A DNA stretch of 64,000 bases from Minisyncoccota bacterium (GTDB lineage Bacteria; Patescibacteriota; Minisyncoccia; Phycocordibacterales; Phycocordibacteraceae), in assembly GCA_022841985.1 (NCBI GenBank), contig JALHQL010000005.1, forward strand, positions 4,267 through 68,266, given 5' to 3'. A model generated the notes under the pieces. It saw only the letters and a list, made by a program, of their open reading frames with translations, ran no database searches and was not told the DNA's origin. Positions 19,036 through 29,299 of the stretch are shown here, piece by piece. How positions within the stretch are numbered: position 1 is the stretch's first letter; the number at the start of each line of letters is the position of its first letter. Both the position numbers and the translations under genes were made by a program.

Positions 19036-20058
19036 ATGAAAAGCTTCGGAGACGTGACTATTTTGATATTTGGCGGAGCTGGGTTTATAGGCTCTAATTT
19101 CATACGGAAGGTAATATTCTTGTCGCCAAATACTAAGGTCGTTTGCGTCGATGTTCTCACGTATGCGGGTAATAAAGAGAATCTGGAAGGGCTCCCGAAA
19201 GAGCGTTTTATTTTTGTAAAAGGGGACATTGCCGACCGTGCGCACATGCAGAAGCTATTTAAGAAATACTCTCCAGCATATGTAATCAATTTTGCAGCAG
19301 AGTCACACGTCGACCGGAGTATTCATGGAGGAGTTGAAGCATTCATTCGTACGAATGTGCTCGGTGTTACTGTGTTGCTCGAGGTGCTCAGGCATACTCC
19401 CTCTATTAAGAAGTTCGTACAAGTGAGTACTGATGAGGTGTACGGCTCCCTTCATCTCGCTTCGAAGAAGAAATTCACTGAGCAGTCGCCGCTTGCTCCA
19501 AATTCTCCTTATGCTGCCTCAAAGACCTCATCTGATCTTATTGCACGCGCGTATCATATGACGTATGGATTGCCGATAGTGATCACTCGTTGTTCAAATA
19601 ATTACGGTCCCTATCAGTATCCGGAAAAACTTATTCCATACTCGATTATCCGACTGATGGAAGGGAAGCCGATAGCGATATATGGCGATGGGCGCTATGT
19701 GCGTGATTGGATCCATGTCGAAGATCATTGCACAGCTCTCATTCTCGCTCTCTTGAGGGGTGTACCAGGCGAGATATATAACATTGGTGCAGGTGAGGAA
19801 GTAGATAATCTCACGCTCGCAGAGCGCATGCTTAGATTCTTTAAGAAAAGTAAGTCAGAGATTGTATTCGTGAAGGACAGACCGGGCCACGACCGTCGTT
19901 ATGCGATCGATTCTTCCAAGATACAGAAAGAGTTGGGGTGGAGGCCGAAACACACCTTCCATTCGTCGTTCGAGCCGACCATCGCGTGGTACGTACAGAA
20001 TGCGGCATGGGTGCGTCGCTCTCTTGCTCGGGCGGGTACCGCTAACATCCATATATGA
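19036..20058 (+). CDS. rfbB: dTDP-glucose 4,6-dehydratase
   Basis: ILIFGGAGFIGSNFIRKV (Rossmann fold), YAASK catalytic motif, and overall RmlB-like sequence. Confidence 0.9.
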   Translation: MKSFGDVTILIFGGAGFIGSNFIRKVIFLSPNTKVVCVDVLTYAGNKENLEGLPKERFIFVKGDIADRAHMQKLFKKYSPAYVINFAAESHVDRSIHGGVEAFIRTNVLGVTVLLEVLRHTPSIKKFVQVSTDEVYGSLHLASKKKFTEQSPLAPNSPYAASKTSSDLIARAYHMTYGLPIVITRCSNNYGPYQYPEKLIPYSIIRLMEGKPIAIYGDGRYVRDWIHVEDHCTALILALLRGVPGEIYNIGAGEEVDNLTLAERMLRFFKKSKSEIVFVKDRPGHDRRYAIDSSKIQKELGWRPKHTFHSSFEPTIAWYVQNAAWVRRSLARAGTANIHI

Positions 20059-20771
20059 AAGGAGTCATTCTTGCCGGTGGCTTAGGTACGAGGCTTTATC
20101 CGCTTACCAAGATAACAAATAAGCATCTCTTGCCGGTGTATGACAAGCCGATGATTCTGTACCCGCTCAAGACATTGAAAGACTCGGGAATCACGGAGAT
20201 TATGATTGTCTGCGGTCGCGAGCATGCAGGGCACTTCAAGCAGTTCCTCGGATCGGGGAAGGAATACGGCGTAAAGCTCTCCTATGCGCTCCAGGATACG
20301 AATAACGGCGGCATCGCGGATGCTCTCTCATACGCAGAAGATTTTGCGGATGAAGACGCGATTGCAGTCATTCTCGGCGATAATATTTTCGAGCATGATT
20401 TCAAAGAAGCGGTACAGGAGTTTAAAAGTGGTTCTGTCGCTTTTTTAAAAAAAGTAAAGGACCCGAGACGCTTTGGCGTCCCGGTATTCTCAAAAGATGG
20501 TAAAAAAATACTGCGCGTTGAAGAGAAACCGAAAAGGCCGAAATCACCATATGCCCAAACAGGGTTCTGGCTTTTTGATGCAAGCATTTTCCCGATCATA
20601 AAAACTATCAAGCCTTCAGTGCGTGGCGAACTTGAGATGACCGACGTGATAAATCAATATGTGCAGAAAGGAACTTTGGCTTTCGATTTTGTAAAAAAGG
20701 AATGGCTCGATGCAGGTACTCTTGAATCTTTGCACAAAGCTGCAGCATTTGTACGGAGCAAGAAGTTATAA
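20055..20771 (+). CDS. rfbA: glucose-1-phosphate thymidylyltransferase (short form)
   Basis: MKGVILAGGLGTRLYPLTKITNKHLLPV is the nucleotidyltransferase signature. ATGA overlap. Confidence 0.9.
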   Translation: MKGVILAGGLGTRLYPLTKITNKHLLPVYDKPMILYPLKTLKDSGITEIMIVCGREHAGHFKQFLGSGKEYGVKLSYALQDTNNGGIADALSYAEDFADEDAIAVILGDNIFEHDFKEAVQEFKSGSVAFLKKVKDPRRFGVPVFSKDGKKILRVEEKPKRPKSPYAQTGFWLFDASIFPIIKTIKPSVRGELEMTDVINQYVQKGTLAFDFVKKEWLDAGTLESLHKAAAFVRSKKL

Positions 20772-20776
20772 CACAT

Positions 20777-21313
20777 ATGGCGAAATCTTTATTTGAAATC
20801 CAAGAACTCGATTTGCCAGGCGTATTGCTCATACAGCCAAAGAAATGGGACGATGAACGCGGTTTTTTTATGGAGACATTTCACCAGGAGGCTTTGGTAG
20901 AGGCAGGCGTTATCCACCCCTTCGTACAGGACAATCTCTCTTTCTCAAAGAAGAACGTATTGCGAGGCCTCCATTTCCAAAAAACGCCACATGCACAAGC
21001 GAAGCTTGTGCGATGTGTGTTCGGAGAGGTATTTGATGTTGCTGTTGATCATAATCCAGCCTCAGAGACGTTTGGGAAATCTGTTGCGGTAACTCTTTCC
21101 GGAGAGAAGCAGAACATGCTCTACATTCCCGCCACATATGCCCATGGCTTCTGTGTGCTCTCAAACGAAGCTATTGTTGAATACAAGGTAAGTGACTATT
21201 ATCACCCTGAATTGGCAGGTGGTATACGGCATGATGATACACGATGTAATGTTGCATGGCCAGTGCAAAATCCTATTCTTTCAGAACAAGATAAAAAGTG
21301 GCCGATCCTATGA
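20777..21313 (+). CDS. rfbC: dTDP-4-dehydrorhamnose 3,5-epimerase
   Basis: Cupin-like RmlC sequence (DERGFFMETF...LHFQ...AKLVRCVFGEVFDVAVD). Confidence 0.85.
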   Translation: MAKSLFEIQELDLPGVLLIQPKKWDDERGFFMETFHQEALVEAGVIHPFVQDNLSFSKKNVLRGLHFQKTPHAQAKLVRCVFGEVFDVAVDHNPASETFGKSVAVTLSGEKQNMLYIPATYAHGFCVLSNEAIVEYKVSDYYHPELAGGIRHDDTRCNVAWPVQNPILSEQDKKWPIL

Positions 21314-22146
21314 AGGAACCATCAATTTTCGACCAAGCACTTATTACAGGAGCAGATGGAATGATTGGTAGTTATATTGATTTTGGTATTCGTACCAACC
21401 ATCGCTCACTCGATGTGACCAATCTTGCAGAAGTATTGAAAGTGTGCGGTATACATAAACCGAAGCTTATTATCCATCTCGCTGCCGAAACCGATGTCGA
21501 TCATTGTGAACACGATGTCACACATGCGTATCAGGTGAATGCTGTTGGTACATACAACGTGGCGACGGCAGCAAGAATAGTAGGAGCAAAGATGGTCTAC
21601 ATTTCTACCTCGAGTGTGTTCAATGGAACTAAGATTGAACCGTATACTGAAGAGGATGTTCCTGCTCCACAAAATATCTATGGCAACTCAAAATATTTCG
21701 GGGAACTCGCTGTGATGGGAATTTTGCGTGAGCACCTCATCCTCCGTATCTGTTGGGTATTTGGCGGAGGACCGTCGAAGGATCAAAAATTTGTCGCAAA
21801 AATACTAGAGCAACTAGATCAGCCAGTTATTAACGTGGTAGGAAACAAACGGGGATCGCCTACCTATGGGAAGGATCTGGTTGCGGGTATGCGACGACTC
21901 ATTGAAGAGGGGAGAACCGGCGTTTACCACATGGGGAACTTCGGCTCTCCAACGCGTGTCGATATCGTAAAAGAAATTGTTCGGATCACTGGCTCGAATG
22001 CAAAAGTCAAGGAAGTGGAATCGAGTTTCTTCGGCACGTCAAATGCACATCGTCCAAGTAATGAGAGCATGACCTCAAAGGTTTCTTATATGCGTCCGTG
22101 GCAGGAAGCACTGCGGGACTATATAGAGACCGAGTGGAAGAAGTAA
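21298..22146 (+). CDS. rfbD: dTDP-4-dehydrorhamnose reductase
   Basis: ALITGADGMIGSYI and an RmlD-like overall sequence. It overlaps rfbC by 16 nt. Confidence 0.8.
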   Translation: MADPMKEPSIFDQALITGADGMIGSYIDFGIRTNHRSLDVTNLAEVLKVCGIHKPKLIIHLAAETDVDHCEHDVTHAYQVNAVGTYNVATAARIVGAKMVYISTSSVFNGTKIEPYTEEDVPAPQNIYGNSKYFGELAVMGILREHLILRICWVFGGGPSKDQKFVAKILEQLDQPVINVVGNKRGSPTYGKDLVAGMRRLIEEGRTGVYHMGNFGSPTRVDIVKEIVRITGSNAKVKEVESSFFGTSNAHRPSNESMTSKVSYMRPWQEALRDYIETEWKK

Positions 22147-22156
22147 GGTACGAGTC

Positions 22157-22828
22157 TCACCACTTGATTCCAGTGAGACCAAGTAATTGATGGTCATCAA
22201 GAACCTGTCTTTCAAACTCTTGAATTCGTTTCGTATATTGGGCCGCTAGGATTTTACCCTTTTCAGTGTGAATGAGGTCAGGGAATTCGGTCGCAATAAT
22301 TCGAATATTATCAAAGCAGCTCTTAGGGGTACGGTAGGTGCTTAGGGGGTTAATTTTTTCCAGATAAGAAAGTTCCACCGCTGGCAGGTCTGGCAAATAT
22401 TGGCCGTTACGTATGAAGAGCGTTGCTTGCATATTGATAAGTTTATCGGCATCTTGTAATACCTCTTGGGTTGGGCTTCGGTGTGTGGCCAGCTTCTCAC
22501 TATGTTCAAGTGCTGCAAGATAGATTTCTTCTATTTCTTCGCTTGTAAAAGAATTTGCGGGCAGGAGATCGAGGTATGTACGGAGTTGTACGGAAAACTT
22601 ATCTGCGCCTACCAAGCGGTCGGTAGAGTGAATGAGTCCAGCGATCCAACCGCTATCGGCAAGCCGTGATGTCGGGGCGATATATACCGCCATTTGAGCA
22701 ACTGCCACGTCGTGATCAAGACCGTGACCACGGTGCTTGTTTGGTGATGTCTCGTGAGTATTCTTTATGGCCAAATATAGAGTATGGAACTTTTGTCGAT
22801 ATGAGTCGAACGATCTAGATAATGGCAT
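22157..22828 (-). CDS. hypothetical protein, possibly HD-domain-like
   Basis: HRGHGLDHDVAVAQ...GLIHSTD is a His/Asp metal-site-like pattern. No firm family assignment. Confidence 0.35.
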   Translation of the reverse strand: MPLSRSFDSYRQKFHTLYLAIKNTHETSPNKHRGHGLDHDVAVAQMAVYIAPTSRLADSGWIAGLIHSTDRLVGADKFSVQLRTYLDLLPANSFTSEEIEEIYLAALEHSEKLATHRSPTQEVLQDADKLINMQATLFIRNGQYLPDLPAVELSYLEKINPLSTYRTPKSCFDNIRIIATEFPDLIHTEKGKILAAQYTKRIQEFERQVLDDHQLLGLTGIKW

Positions 22829-22910
22829 GCGGTTGGCATTGTAGCATGAGGCGTCAGTCGATATTTTATTGAGAGAGAATACATGCTAGTATCTTCACAC
22901 CTTCGCGTCT

Positions 22911-24182
22911 ATGAAAAAAAGAATGACCTGTCGAATTTCGGGGGAGTCTCTCATAGAGTTGTTCTCTCTGGGTGATATGTACATATCCGATTTCCTCCCT
23001 GCTCAGGGGTCTCCTCGTTCAGAAAAAGTACCTCTTGTGATGATGCTTGCACCGAAATCGGGATTAGTGCAGCTCGCACACACAGCTAATTTCGATGACA
23101 TGTATCGGCATTACTGGTATCGCTCGGGTACTAACGAAGCTATGGTTGCTGAGCTTAAGGATATTGCCACCTCGACTGCAAAACTCATGCGTCTTGAAGC
23201 GGGCGATGTATTTATAGACATTGCTTGTAACGACGGAACACTTCTTTCTTTTATTGATTCTTCGGTTAAACGGGTTGGGTTTGATCCTGCACACAATACG
23301 TATGAAGAGGCAAATAAGCAAAATTTTGATCTTTTCGTAAACGACTACTTCAGTGCAAAGTCATACAAAAACTCTCCTCTTGGCTCAAAAAAGGCAAAAA
23401 TAGTCACGACCATAGCGATGTTCTATGATCTCGAAGACCCGCATGCATTTGTAAAAGATGTTAAAGAAGTAATGGATAAGGATGGACTATGGTTGGTCCA
23501 AATGAGCTATTTGCCGCTCATGCTTCGTCAACTTGCGTTTGACAACATTTGTCATGAGCACCTTGAGTACTATTCGCTCGAGACAATGAAATATCTCCTT
23601 GATACGCATGATATGGAAATAGTCGACTGTCAGCTCAACGATGTTAATGGCGGGAGTTTCCGTGTGTACATTCGGAATAAGGGTGCCAATCCTGACACTT
23701 TTGCTACTGCCCCTTATCGCGATGTTGCAAAACACCGTGTGGAAAGTATTCTTGCGCATGAGCGGGAACTTAACCTCAAGGATCCTGCAACCTATCTCGA
23801 ATTTTTTGCTCAGGCGTCTCGCTTACGTGACAAGACTCTTGCTTTTTTGAAAGCAGAAAAATCTAAAGGTAAAAAAATATGGGCGTATGGAGCCTCGACC
23901 AAGGGCAACACGCTTCTGCAATGGTGGGGTATCGATAACACCCTTATTGATGGCATCGCCGAGCGTCAACCGATGAAGTATGGGCTTAAGACCGTCGGCA
24001 GCAATATTCCCATATTCTCAGACGAGGATATGCGCAAGGCAAATCCAGACTATCTCCTCGTACTGCCGTGGCATTTCATAGAATCATTCGTACGCCGGGA
24101 GAAAGCATTTCTCGAGCGAGGGGGAAAATTTATTGTGCCATGCCCAGTATTTCAAGTAATCGGTAGTGAACAGAGAAGTTAA
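22911..24182 (+). CDS. SAM-dependent sugar C-methyltransferase family (paralog 1)
   Basis: DIACNDGTLLSF is a SAM motif. The C-terminal domain is closely paralogous to ORF 27079..28317 (KIWAYGASTKGNTLL... against RIVGYGAPAKGNTLL...). Confidence 0.65.
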   Translation: MKKRMTCRISGESLIELFSLGDMYISDFLPAQGSPRSEKVPLVMMLAPKSGLVQLAHTANFDDMYRHYWYRSGTNEAMVAELKDIATSTAKLMRLEAGDVFIDIACNDGTLLSFIDSSVKRVGFDPAHNTYEEANKQNFDLFVNDYFSAKSYKNSPLGSKKAKIVTTIAMFYDLEDPHAFVKDVKEVMDKDGLWLVQMSYLPLMLRQLAFDNICHEHLEYYSLETMKYLLDTHDMEIVDCQLNDVNGGSFRVYIRNKGANPDTFATAPYRDVAKHRVESILAHERELNLKDPATYLEFFAQASRLRDKTLAFLKAEKSKGKKIWAYGASTKGNTLLQWWGIDNTLIDGIAERQPMKYGLKTVGSNIPIFSDEDMRKANPDYLLVLPWHFIESFVRREKAFLERGGKFIVPCPVFQVIGSEQRS

Positions 24183-25126
24183 GAGTGCACCAACTGAAAA
24201 TCAGCATAGGTTTTTTTCAGGCCTTCTTCTATGGACGTGCGAGGGCTCCATCCGAGAGTGTGCATCTTACTGACATCTAGAAGTTTGCGCGGCACTCCTT
24301 CCGGTTTTGTTGGGTCAAATATGAGTTTCCCTTCGTAACCAACTATCTGCTGAATGAGTATTGCAAGGTCATGGATCGAAATGTCAGTGCCGCTACCTAC
24401 ATTTATAAATTCTTTTTGGTGGTACTGGTTCATGAGAAATAGAAGCGCATCGGCAAGATCGTCTACATAGAGGAATTCGCGACGTGCGTTGCCTGAGCCC
24501 CACACTACGACTTCGGGAATGTTATTTTTCTTTGCTTCATGCATGCGGAGTATGAGAGAAGCGATAACATGTCCGCGTTCATGATCAAAGTAGTCGCCGA
24601 TCCCATACAAATTACAGGGCATGCATGAGATGAATTCCTTTTCAAATTGTGTGTATAGGTATTCACATAACTTCAGTCCTGCTATTTTCGCTATCGAGTA
24701 GCCTTCATTGCTCGGCTCGAATGGGCCAGTGAGAAGATCTGTTTCTTTCATGGGTTGTGGAGCGAGGCCAGGATAAATGCAACTTGACCCTAAGAATAGC
24801 AGTTTACGTACATTGGAGCGGTACGCCTGCCAGATGACGTTATTTTGGATGACCAAATTTTCGTAGAGAAATTCTGCGGGGAAGGTACCGCTCGCCTTGA
24901 TGCCTCCGGCTCGCGCTGCGGCTGCAATGACATATTCCAGCTGATGTTCTTTAAAGAAGCGTTCCACAGCTCCCGTATTCATCAGGTCAAGGTCCTCTCG
25001 AGAGGGGGCGAGGATATTAGTAAAATTCTGCGACCGCAAGGTCCGCAATAGTGCGGAGCCAACCAGACCTCGGCCACCAGTCACCAATATTCGAGAGTCT
25101 TTATTCATTGCGCACAATTCTATCAC
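24179..25126 (-). CDS. fcl: GDP-L-fucose synthase (GDP-4-keto-6-deoxymannose 3,5-epimerase/4-reductase)
   Basis: ILVTGGRGLVGSAL...GSSCIYP...YSIAK are Fcl signatures. Confidence 0.85.
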   Translation of the reverse strand: MIELCAMNKDSRILVTGGRGLVGSALLRTLRSQNFTNILAPSREDLDLMNTGAVERFFKEHQLEYVIAAAARAGGIKASGTFPAEFLYENLVIQNNVIWQAYRSNVRKLLFLGSSCIYPGLAPQPMKETDLLTGPFEPSNEGYSIAKIAGLKLCEYLYTQFEKEFISCMPCNLYGIGDYFDHERGHVIASLILRMHEAKKNNIPEVVVWGSGNARREFLYVDDLADALLFLMNQYHQKEFINVGSGTDISIHDLAILIQQIVGYEGKLIFDPTKPEGVPRKLLDVSKMHTLGWSPRTSIEEGLKKTYADFQLVHS

Positions 25127-25151
25127 AAGGTATCGTTAAGATTCTTTCCAT

Positions 25152-26189
25152 ATGACCTCCAAAAGTCGCGCAAAGCTCAGTAGGAAAAAGGCACTTATCA
25201 CCGGTATTACCGGGCAGGATGGTTCATATCTAACTGAATTCCTCTTGGAGAAAGGATATGAGGTGCATGGAATTATACGTCGTTCAGCCTCATTCAACAC
25301 GGAACGTCTTTCAGGCGTTCAGAAGGATTTACATGACCGCAGCTCTCGCCTCCATCTGCACTATGGAGACTTGCAGGACTCCAATGCGCTTAACCGAATT
25401 ATTCTCGAACATAAACCGGATGAGGTCTATCATCTGGGTGCTCAAAGTCACGTCCGCGTGAGTTTCGATTTGCCAGAGTATACTGCCGAAGTTGGGGCTA
25501 TCGGCACTTTGCGTATTTTGGAAACCATTCGCCATAGCGGTCTTCCAATACGTTTTTATAATGCCGCTTCAAGTGAAATGTACGGAGAGGTACTCGAGAC
25601 ACCTCAAAATGAGAAGACGCCTTTTAATCCACGAAGTCCCTATGCGGCGGCAAAAGTATTTGCTTTTGCAATGACGAAGAATTATCGGGAGGCCTATGGT
25701 ATGCATGCGAGTAGCGGGATTCTCTTTAATCATGAATCACCGCGCCGCGGAGAAACATTCGTAACCCGTAAGATTACAACCAATATCGCTAAGATATTGC
25801 GCGGTGAGAAGGACAAGTTATATCTTGGGAATCTCGAGGCGCGTCGCGATTGGGGATATGCTCCGGAATATGTTGAAGCGATGTGGCTCATGCTGCAGCA
25901 AGAGATGCCTGATGATTACGTGATTGCGACAGGTGAGGTTCACAGTGTGCGCGAATTTGTAGAAGAGGCTTTTAGACTCGTGGGACTTGATTGGAAAAAA
26001 TACGTCAAAATAGATAAGAACTATTTGCGTCCTACAGAGGTTGAGTTACTCAAGGGGGATGCGTCAAAAGCCCATCAAAAATTCGGATGGAAACCAAAGA
26101 TAAAATTTAATGAGTTGGTACGTTGTATGCTCATTGCTGATCTTGAGAGAGAGGGCGTTGCGTTACCGCCACTGCTTGCAAAAAAGTGA
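25152..26189 (+). CDS. gmd: GDP-mannose 4,6-dehydratase
   Basis: [34 protein letters not shown] is the canonical Gmd N-terminus. It is divergent from fcl. Confidence 0.9.
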   Translation: MTSKSRAKLSRKKALITGITGQDGSYLTEFLLEKGYEVHGIIRRSASFNTERLSGVQKDLHDRSSRLHLHYGDLQDSNALNRIILEHKPDEVYHLGAQSHVRVSFDLPEYTAEVGAIGTLRILETIRHSGLPIRFYNAASSEMYGEVLETPQNEKTPFNPRSPYAAAKVFAFAMTKNYREAYGMHASSGILFNHESPRRGETFVTRKITTNIAKILRGEKDKLYLGNLEARRDWGYAPEYVEAMWLMLQQEMPDDYVIATGEVHSVREFVEEAFRLVGLDWKKYVKIDKNYLRPTEVELLKGDASKAHQKFGWKPKIKFNELVRCMLIADLEREGVALPPLLAKK

Positions 26190-26190
26190 A

Positions 26191-27075
26191 ATGAAACCCC
26201 TCCCCAATGTCTCAATCGTAGTTTCTTGTTGGAATTCTGCTCACATTCTCGAAGAAGCGCTTGAGTCAATTGTAGCGACGGCAGGAACTTTTAATGTGGA
26301 CGTCACCGTACTTGACGATGCGTCCACGGATGGAGGGTATTCAAATATACACGCAAAATATAAGGATGATCCACGCTTCTCGTTCGTGCGAAATGAAGTA
26401 AATGTTGGTGTAGCCGCTCTGAACATCATGTTGGAACGTTCGCAGGCGAAATACATCATGACGCTTGATACAGATGCGCGTTTGCAGCCAGGGGCACTCA
26501 AAGCACTCTATGAGTTTATGGAGACTCATCCAGAGGCTGGAGCCGCAACTGCAAATCTGCGCAATCCTGATGGTTCCCCACAGTATTATTACCGACGTAT
26601 CATCACTCCTTTACTGTACTTCTTCACGACTCCGATCGGGAGATTTTTTGATAAATATTTCTTTGCGCTCCATTTTTATAAGCAATATCATTACTCGGGC
26701 TTAGATGTTACGAAAATTTCAGAATTAGAGCAGCCGGTCATAGCTGGTCTCATGCTCCGTCGCGCGGCATTTGATTCATATATTCTTGATCCTGATTTTC
26801 GGCTTTTTGGGATTGACATCGATTTGTGCAAGCGTCTGTATGATAAGGGTTATAAGATATACCTCGTGCCAGAGGCAAGAGTGATTCATCTAAAGACGGC
26901 GTCTGCTCGGAAGCGGGGAAAATTATGGCTTGATCGTGAGTTGAATCGTAGTTTCGCGCTGTATTTTAAGAAACATCACCCGTACGTCAACCCCTTTTTG
27001 AAGATTGCGATGTTTCTGGATATCATTTCACGCATGTTCTTGCGGTTTGTTGTCGGGCGGGAACCGATGCGTTAA
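26191..27075 (+). CDS. glycosyltransferase family 2
   Basis: VSIVVSCWNSAHILEEALESI...VLDDASTDG is a GT2 motif. The start was placed at ATG 26191, immediately after the gmd stop. Confidence 0.75.
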   Translation: MKPLPNVSIVVSCWNSAHILEEALESIVATAGTFNVDVTVLDDASTDGGYSNIHAKYKDDPRFSFVRNEVNVGVAALNIMLERSQAKYIMTLDTDARLQPGALKALYEFMETHPEAGAATANLRNPDGSPQYYYRRIITPLLYFFTTPIGRFFDKYFFALHFYKQYHYSGLDVTKISELEQPVIAGLMLRRAAFDSYILDPDFRLFGIDIDLCKRLYDKGYKIYLVPEARVIHLKTASARKRGKLWLDRELNRSFALYFKKHHPYVNPFLKIAMFLDIISRMFLRFVVGREPMR

Positions 27076-27078
27076 TGT

Positions 27079-28317
27079 ATGCAAGATTACCTACATAAAA
27101 CAACATGCCGTGTGTGCGGGGGAACAAATCTTATTAAGGTGCTCGACCTCGGGTCGACGCCACCGGCGAATGCTTATCTTAAGGAAGAGAATCTGGGAGC
27201 ACCAGAAACTTCCTTTCCTCTAGCACTCTATTTCTGTAGGACATGCTCGCTCGCCCATCTCTTAGATGTTGTAAATCCAGAGATCCTCTTTAAGGATTAC
27301 CACTTCTTGACGGGTGCGAGCTCGCCGTCGGTCGCACATTTTAAGAAGTATGCCGACGACGTGGTACTCCCACTCATCACGTCGCCTGATGATCTTGTGA
27401 TAGATATCGGCGGGAACGATGGCGTGCTCCTGAGTTTCGTTAAGGACTATGCGCGCGTGTTGAACGTCGATCCGGCTGATAATCTCGCTCTGATTTCAGA
27501 AGGAAAGGGAGTTCCATTCTATACGGCGTTTTTTACTTCGCAAACCGCAGATGAGCTCATCGCGAAATACGGTCCCGCAAAGGTAGTGGTAGCGAACAAT
27601 GTCTTCGCGCATACCGATCCGATTCGCGATGTGTTCAAGGGTGTTGCAAAGCTTATCGGAGAGAATGGGGTATTCGTATTCGAAGTGCACTGGAACAAAC
27701 ATCTCATCGAAGAGGGTGCGTTCGACCAGATATATCATGAGCATCTTTGCTTTTACTCGCTTCATGCCGCGAAATATCTTGTCGAAGCAATGGGCATGAA
27801 AGTGTTTGATGTAGAAATCGTTCCGACGCAAGGTCAATCGCTCCGCGTATATGCCGGAAAAAATAAAATTGAGAAGATCTCGGTCAAAGATATATTGGAC
27901 CTTGAGAGGGAAGTAGGCCTGACAGACGAAAAGACTTTTATTGCTTTTGGCGAAAAGGTAAGCGGCAATAGGGAGAAACTCAGAACGCTCCTTCTAGACT
28001 TGAAAGCACAAGGGAAGCGAATTGTCGGTTATGGCGCTCCCGCCAAGGGGAATACGCTTCTCAATTATTACGGTATCGGTCCGGATATCCTCGAGTATCT
28101 CACCGATACTACGCCCCTCAAGCAGGGGCTCTATAGTCCTGGACAACATATTCCGATCGTTTCTCCGGAGAAACTTCTTACGAATACTCCCGATTACATT
28201 CTCCTTCTTGCCTGGAACTTCAAAGATGCAATTTTAGAAAAAGAAAAATCACTTCTCGAAAAGGGTGTGAAGTTTATTGTTACCGTCCCGAATGTGGAGG
28301 TCATAGGTAATAGATAG
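27079..28317 (+). CDS. SAM-dependent sugar C-methyltransferase with N-terminal zinc ribbon (paralog 2)
   Basis: CRVCGG...CRTCSLAHL is a Cys4 ribbon. DIGGNDGVLLSF is a SAM motif. The C-terminal domain is paralogous to ORF 22911. Confidence 0.7.
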   Translation: MQDYLHKTTCRVCGGTNLIKVLDLGSTPPANAYLKEENLGAPETSFPLALYFCRTCSLAHLLDVVNPEILFKDYHFLTGASSPSVAHFKKYADDVVLPLITSPDDLVIDIGGNDGVLLSFVKDYARVLNVDPADNLALISEGKGVPFYTAFFTSQTADELIAKYGPAKVVVANNVFAHTDPIRDVFKGVAKLIGENGVFVFEVHWNKHLIEEGAFDQIYHEHLCFYSLHAAKYLVEAMGMKVFDVEIVPTQGQSLRVYAGKNKIEKISVKDILDLEREVGLTDEKTFIAFGEKVSGNREKLRTLLLDLKAQGKRIVGYGAPAKGNTLLNYYGIGPDILEYLTDTTPLKQGLYSPGQHIPIVSPEKLLTNTPDYILLLAWNFKDAILEKEKSLLEKGVKFIVTVPNVEVIGNR

Positions 28318-28324
28318 TGATACT

Positions 28325-29290
28325 ATGCCCCTCATGAAAACGCCGGAGGCTATTTTTGAACTAGGTCTCAATCATTTGGGAGAGGTACAACGCGCGTATC
28401 GCATGGTGGATACCCTCCGTGCACAAGGGGCGACGCATATCACGATTCAGGCGGTCGTAGATTTCTCGTCGACAACCCGTGATTCTGTTGCTATTAAAAC
28501 GGTACAGCCAAACTGTCTCAGTTTCGAAGATGTCATTGCGGTTGTCCAATATGGGCAAAATGCCGGAGTAAGCATGGGGGCCGCTGTTCTAAATCCAGAA
28601 TACGTGGTCCCCCTTGTAGAAGCCGGGGTACGTTTCTTTAAGATTCTGAGTAGTGATCTGACTTACACACAGTTGCATATTGCCGTGGCGCGTACAAGGT
28701 TACCCTGTTATCTATCGACTGGTTTGGCAACGATTGAAGATATTAGTCGAGCAATAGACCTCATTCGTGCCATCGAACCAGAGACGGATGTCCGCCTCAT
28801 TCACACGGTGCTACAAATACCGACTCCAGCTCCAATGCTTAATTTGAACAACATACCATTTCTGATTAAAAAATTTAATGTTCCCGTCGCTTATGGGCAA
28901 CACTCAGACATCCGCGAGGCATTGTTTGCAGCGGTTGCCGCGGATGCTGAAACCGTATTTGTCTATGTTGCGGAAGAAATGTCGCCAGCATTACCTGATG
29001 GGCCACACGCTGTATTGTGTAGAGATGCTCGAGAGCTGTTAAAGAAACTCGCTGAAGTTAGAATCATGATGGGCGCCAGAGAAAGAATAGTAACCACAGC
29101 GGAACAAGATCGAAGGATTTCTATCCGGCGTTCCATTGTGGCAGCCGAGCCGATTAAAAAGGGGGAACCTATTACTGCGGGGAAAATAGCTTTCAAACGT
29201 CCAGGTACGGGGCGCGCGCCATGGGATGCCGCACAGATGTTTGGGTCGTATGCGGAAAAGGACTATCTGCAAGACGATGATATAGGTTAG
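28325..29290 (+). CDS. divergent NeuB-family (sialic/nonulosonic acid synthase-like) protein with C-terminal SAF domain
   Basis: ELGLNHLGEVQRAYRMVDTLRAQGA aligns with EIGINHNG...AGADAVKFQ of NeuB. YLSTGLATIEDI aligns with ILSTGM. The C-terminal segment IAFKRPGTGRAPWD is SAF-like. Confidence 0.55.
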   Translation: MPLMKTPEAIFELGLNHLGEVQRAYRMVDTLRAQGATHITIQAVVDFSSTTRDSVAIKTVQPNCLSFEDVIAVVQYGQNAGVSMGAAVLNPEYVVPLVEAGVRFFKILSSDLTYTQLHIAVARTRLPCYLSTGLATIEDISRAIDLIRAIEPETDVRLIHTVLQIPTPAPMLNLNNIPFLIKKFNVPVAYGQHSDIREALFAAVAADAETVFVYVAEEMSPALPDGPHAVLCRDARELLKKLAEVRIMMGARERIVTTAEQDRRISIRRSIVAAEPIKKGEPITAGKIAFKRPGTGRAPWDAAQMFGSYAEKDYLQDDDIG

Positions 29291-29299
29291 AATCATCCC

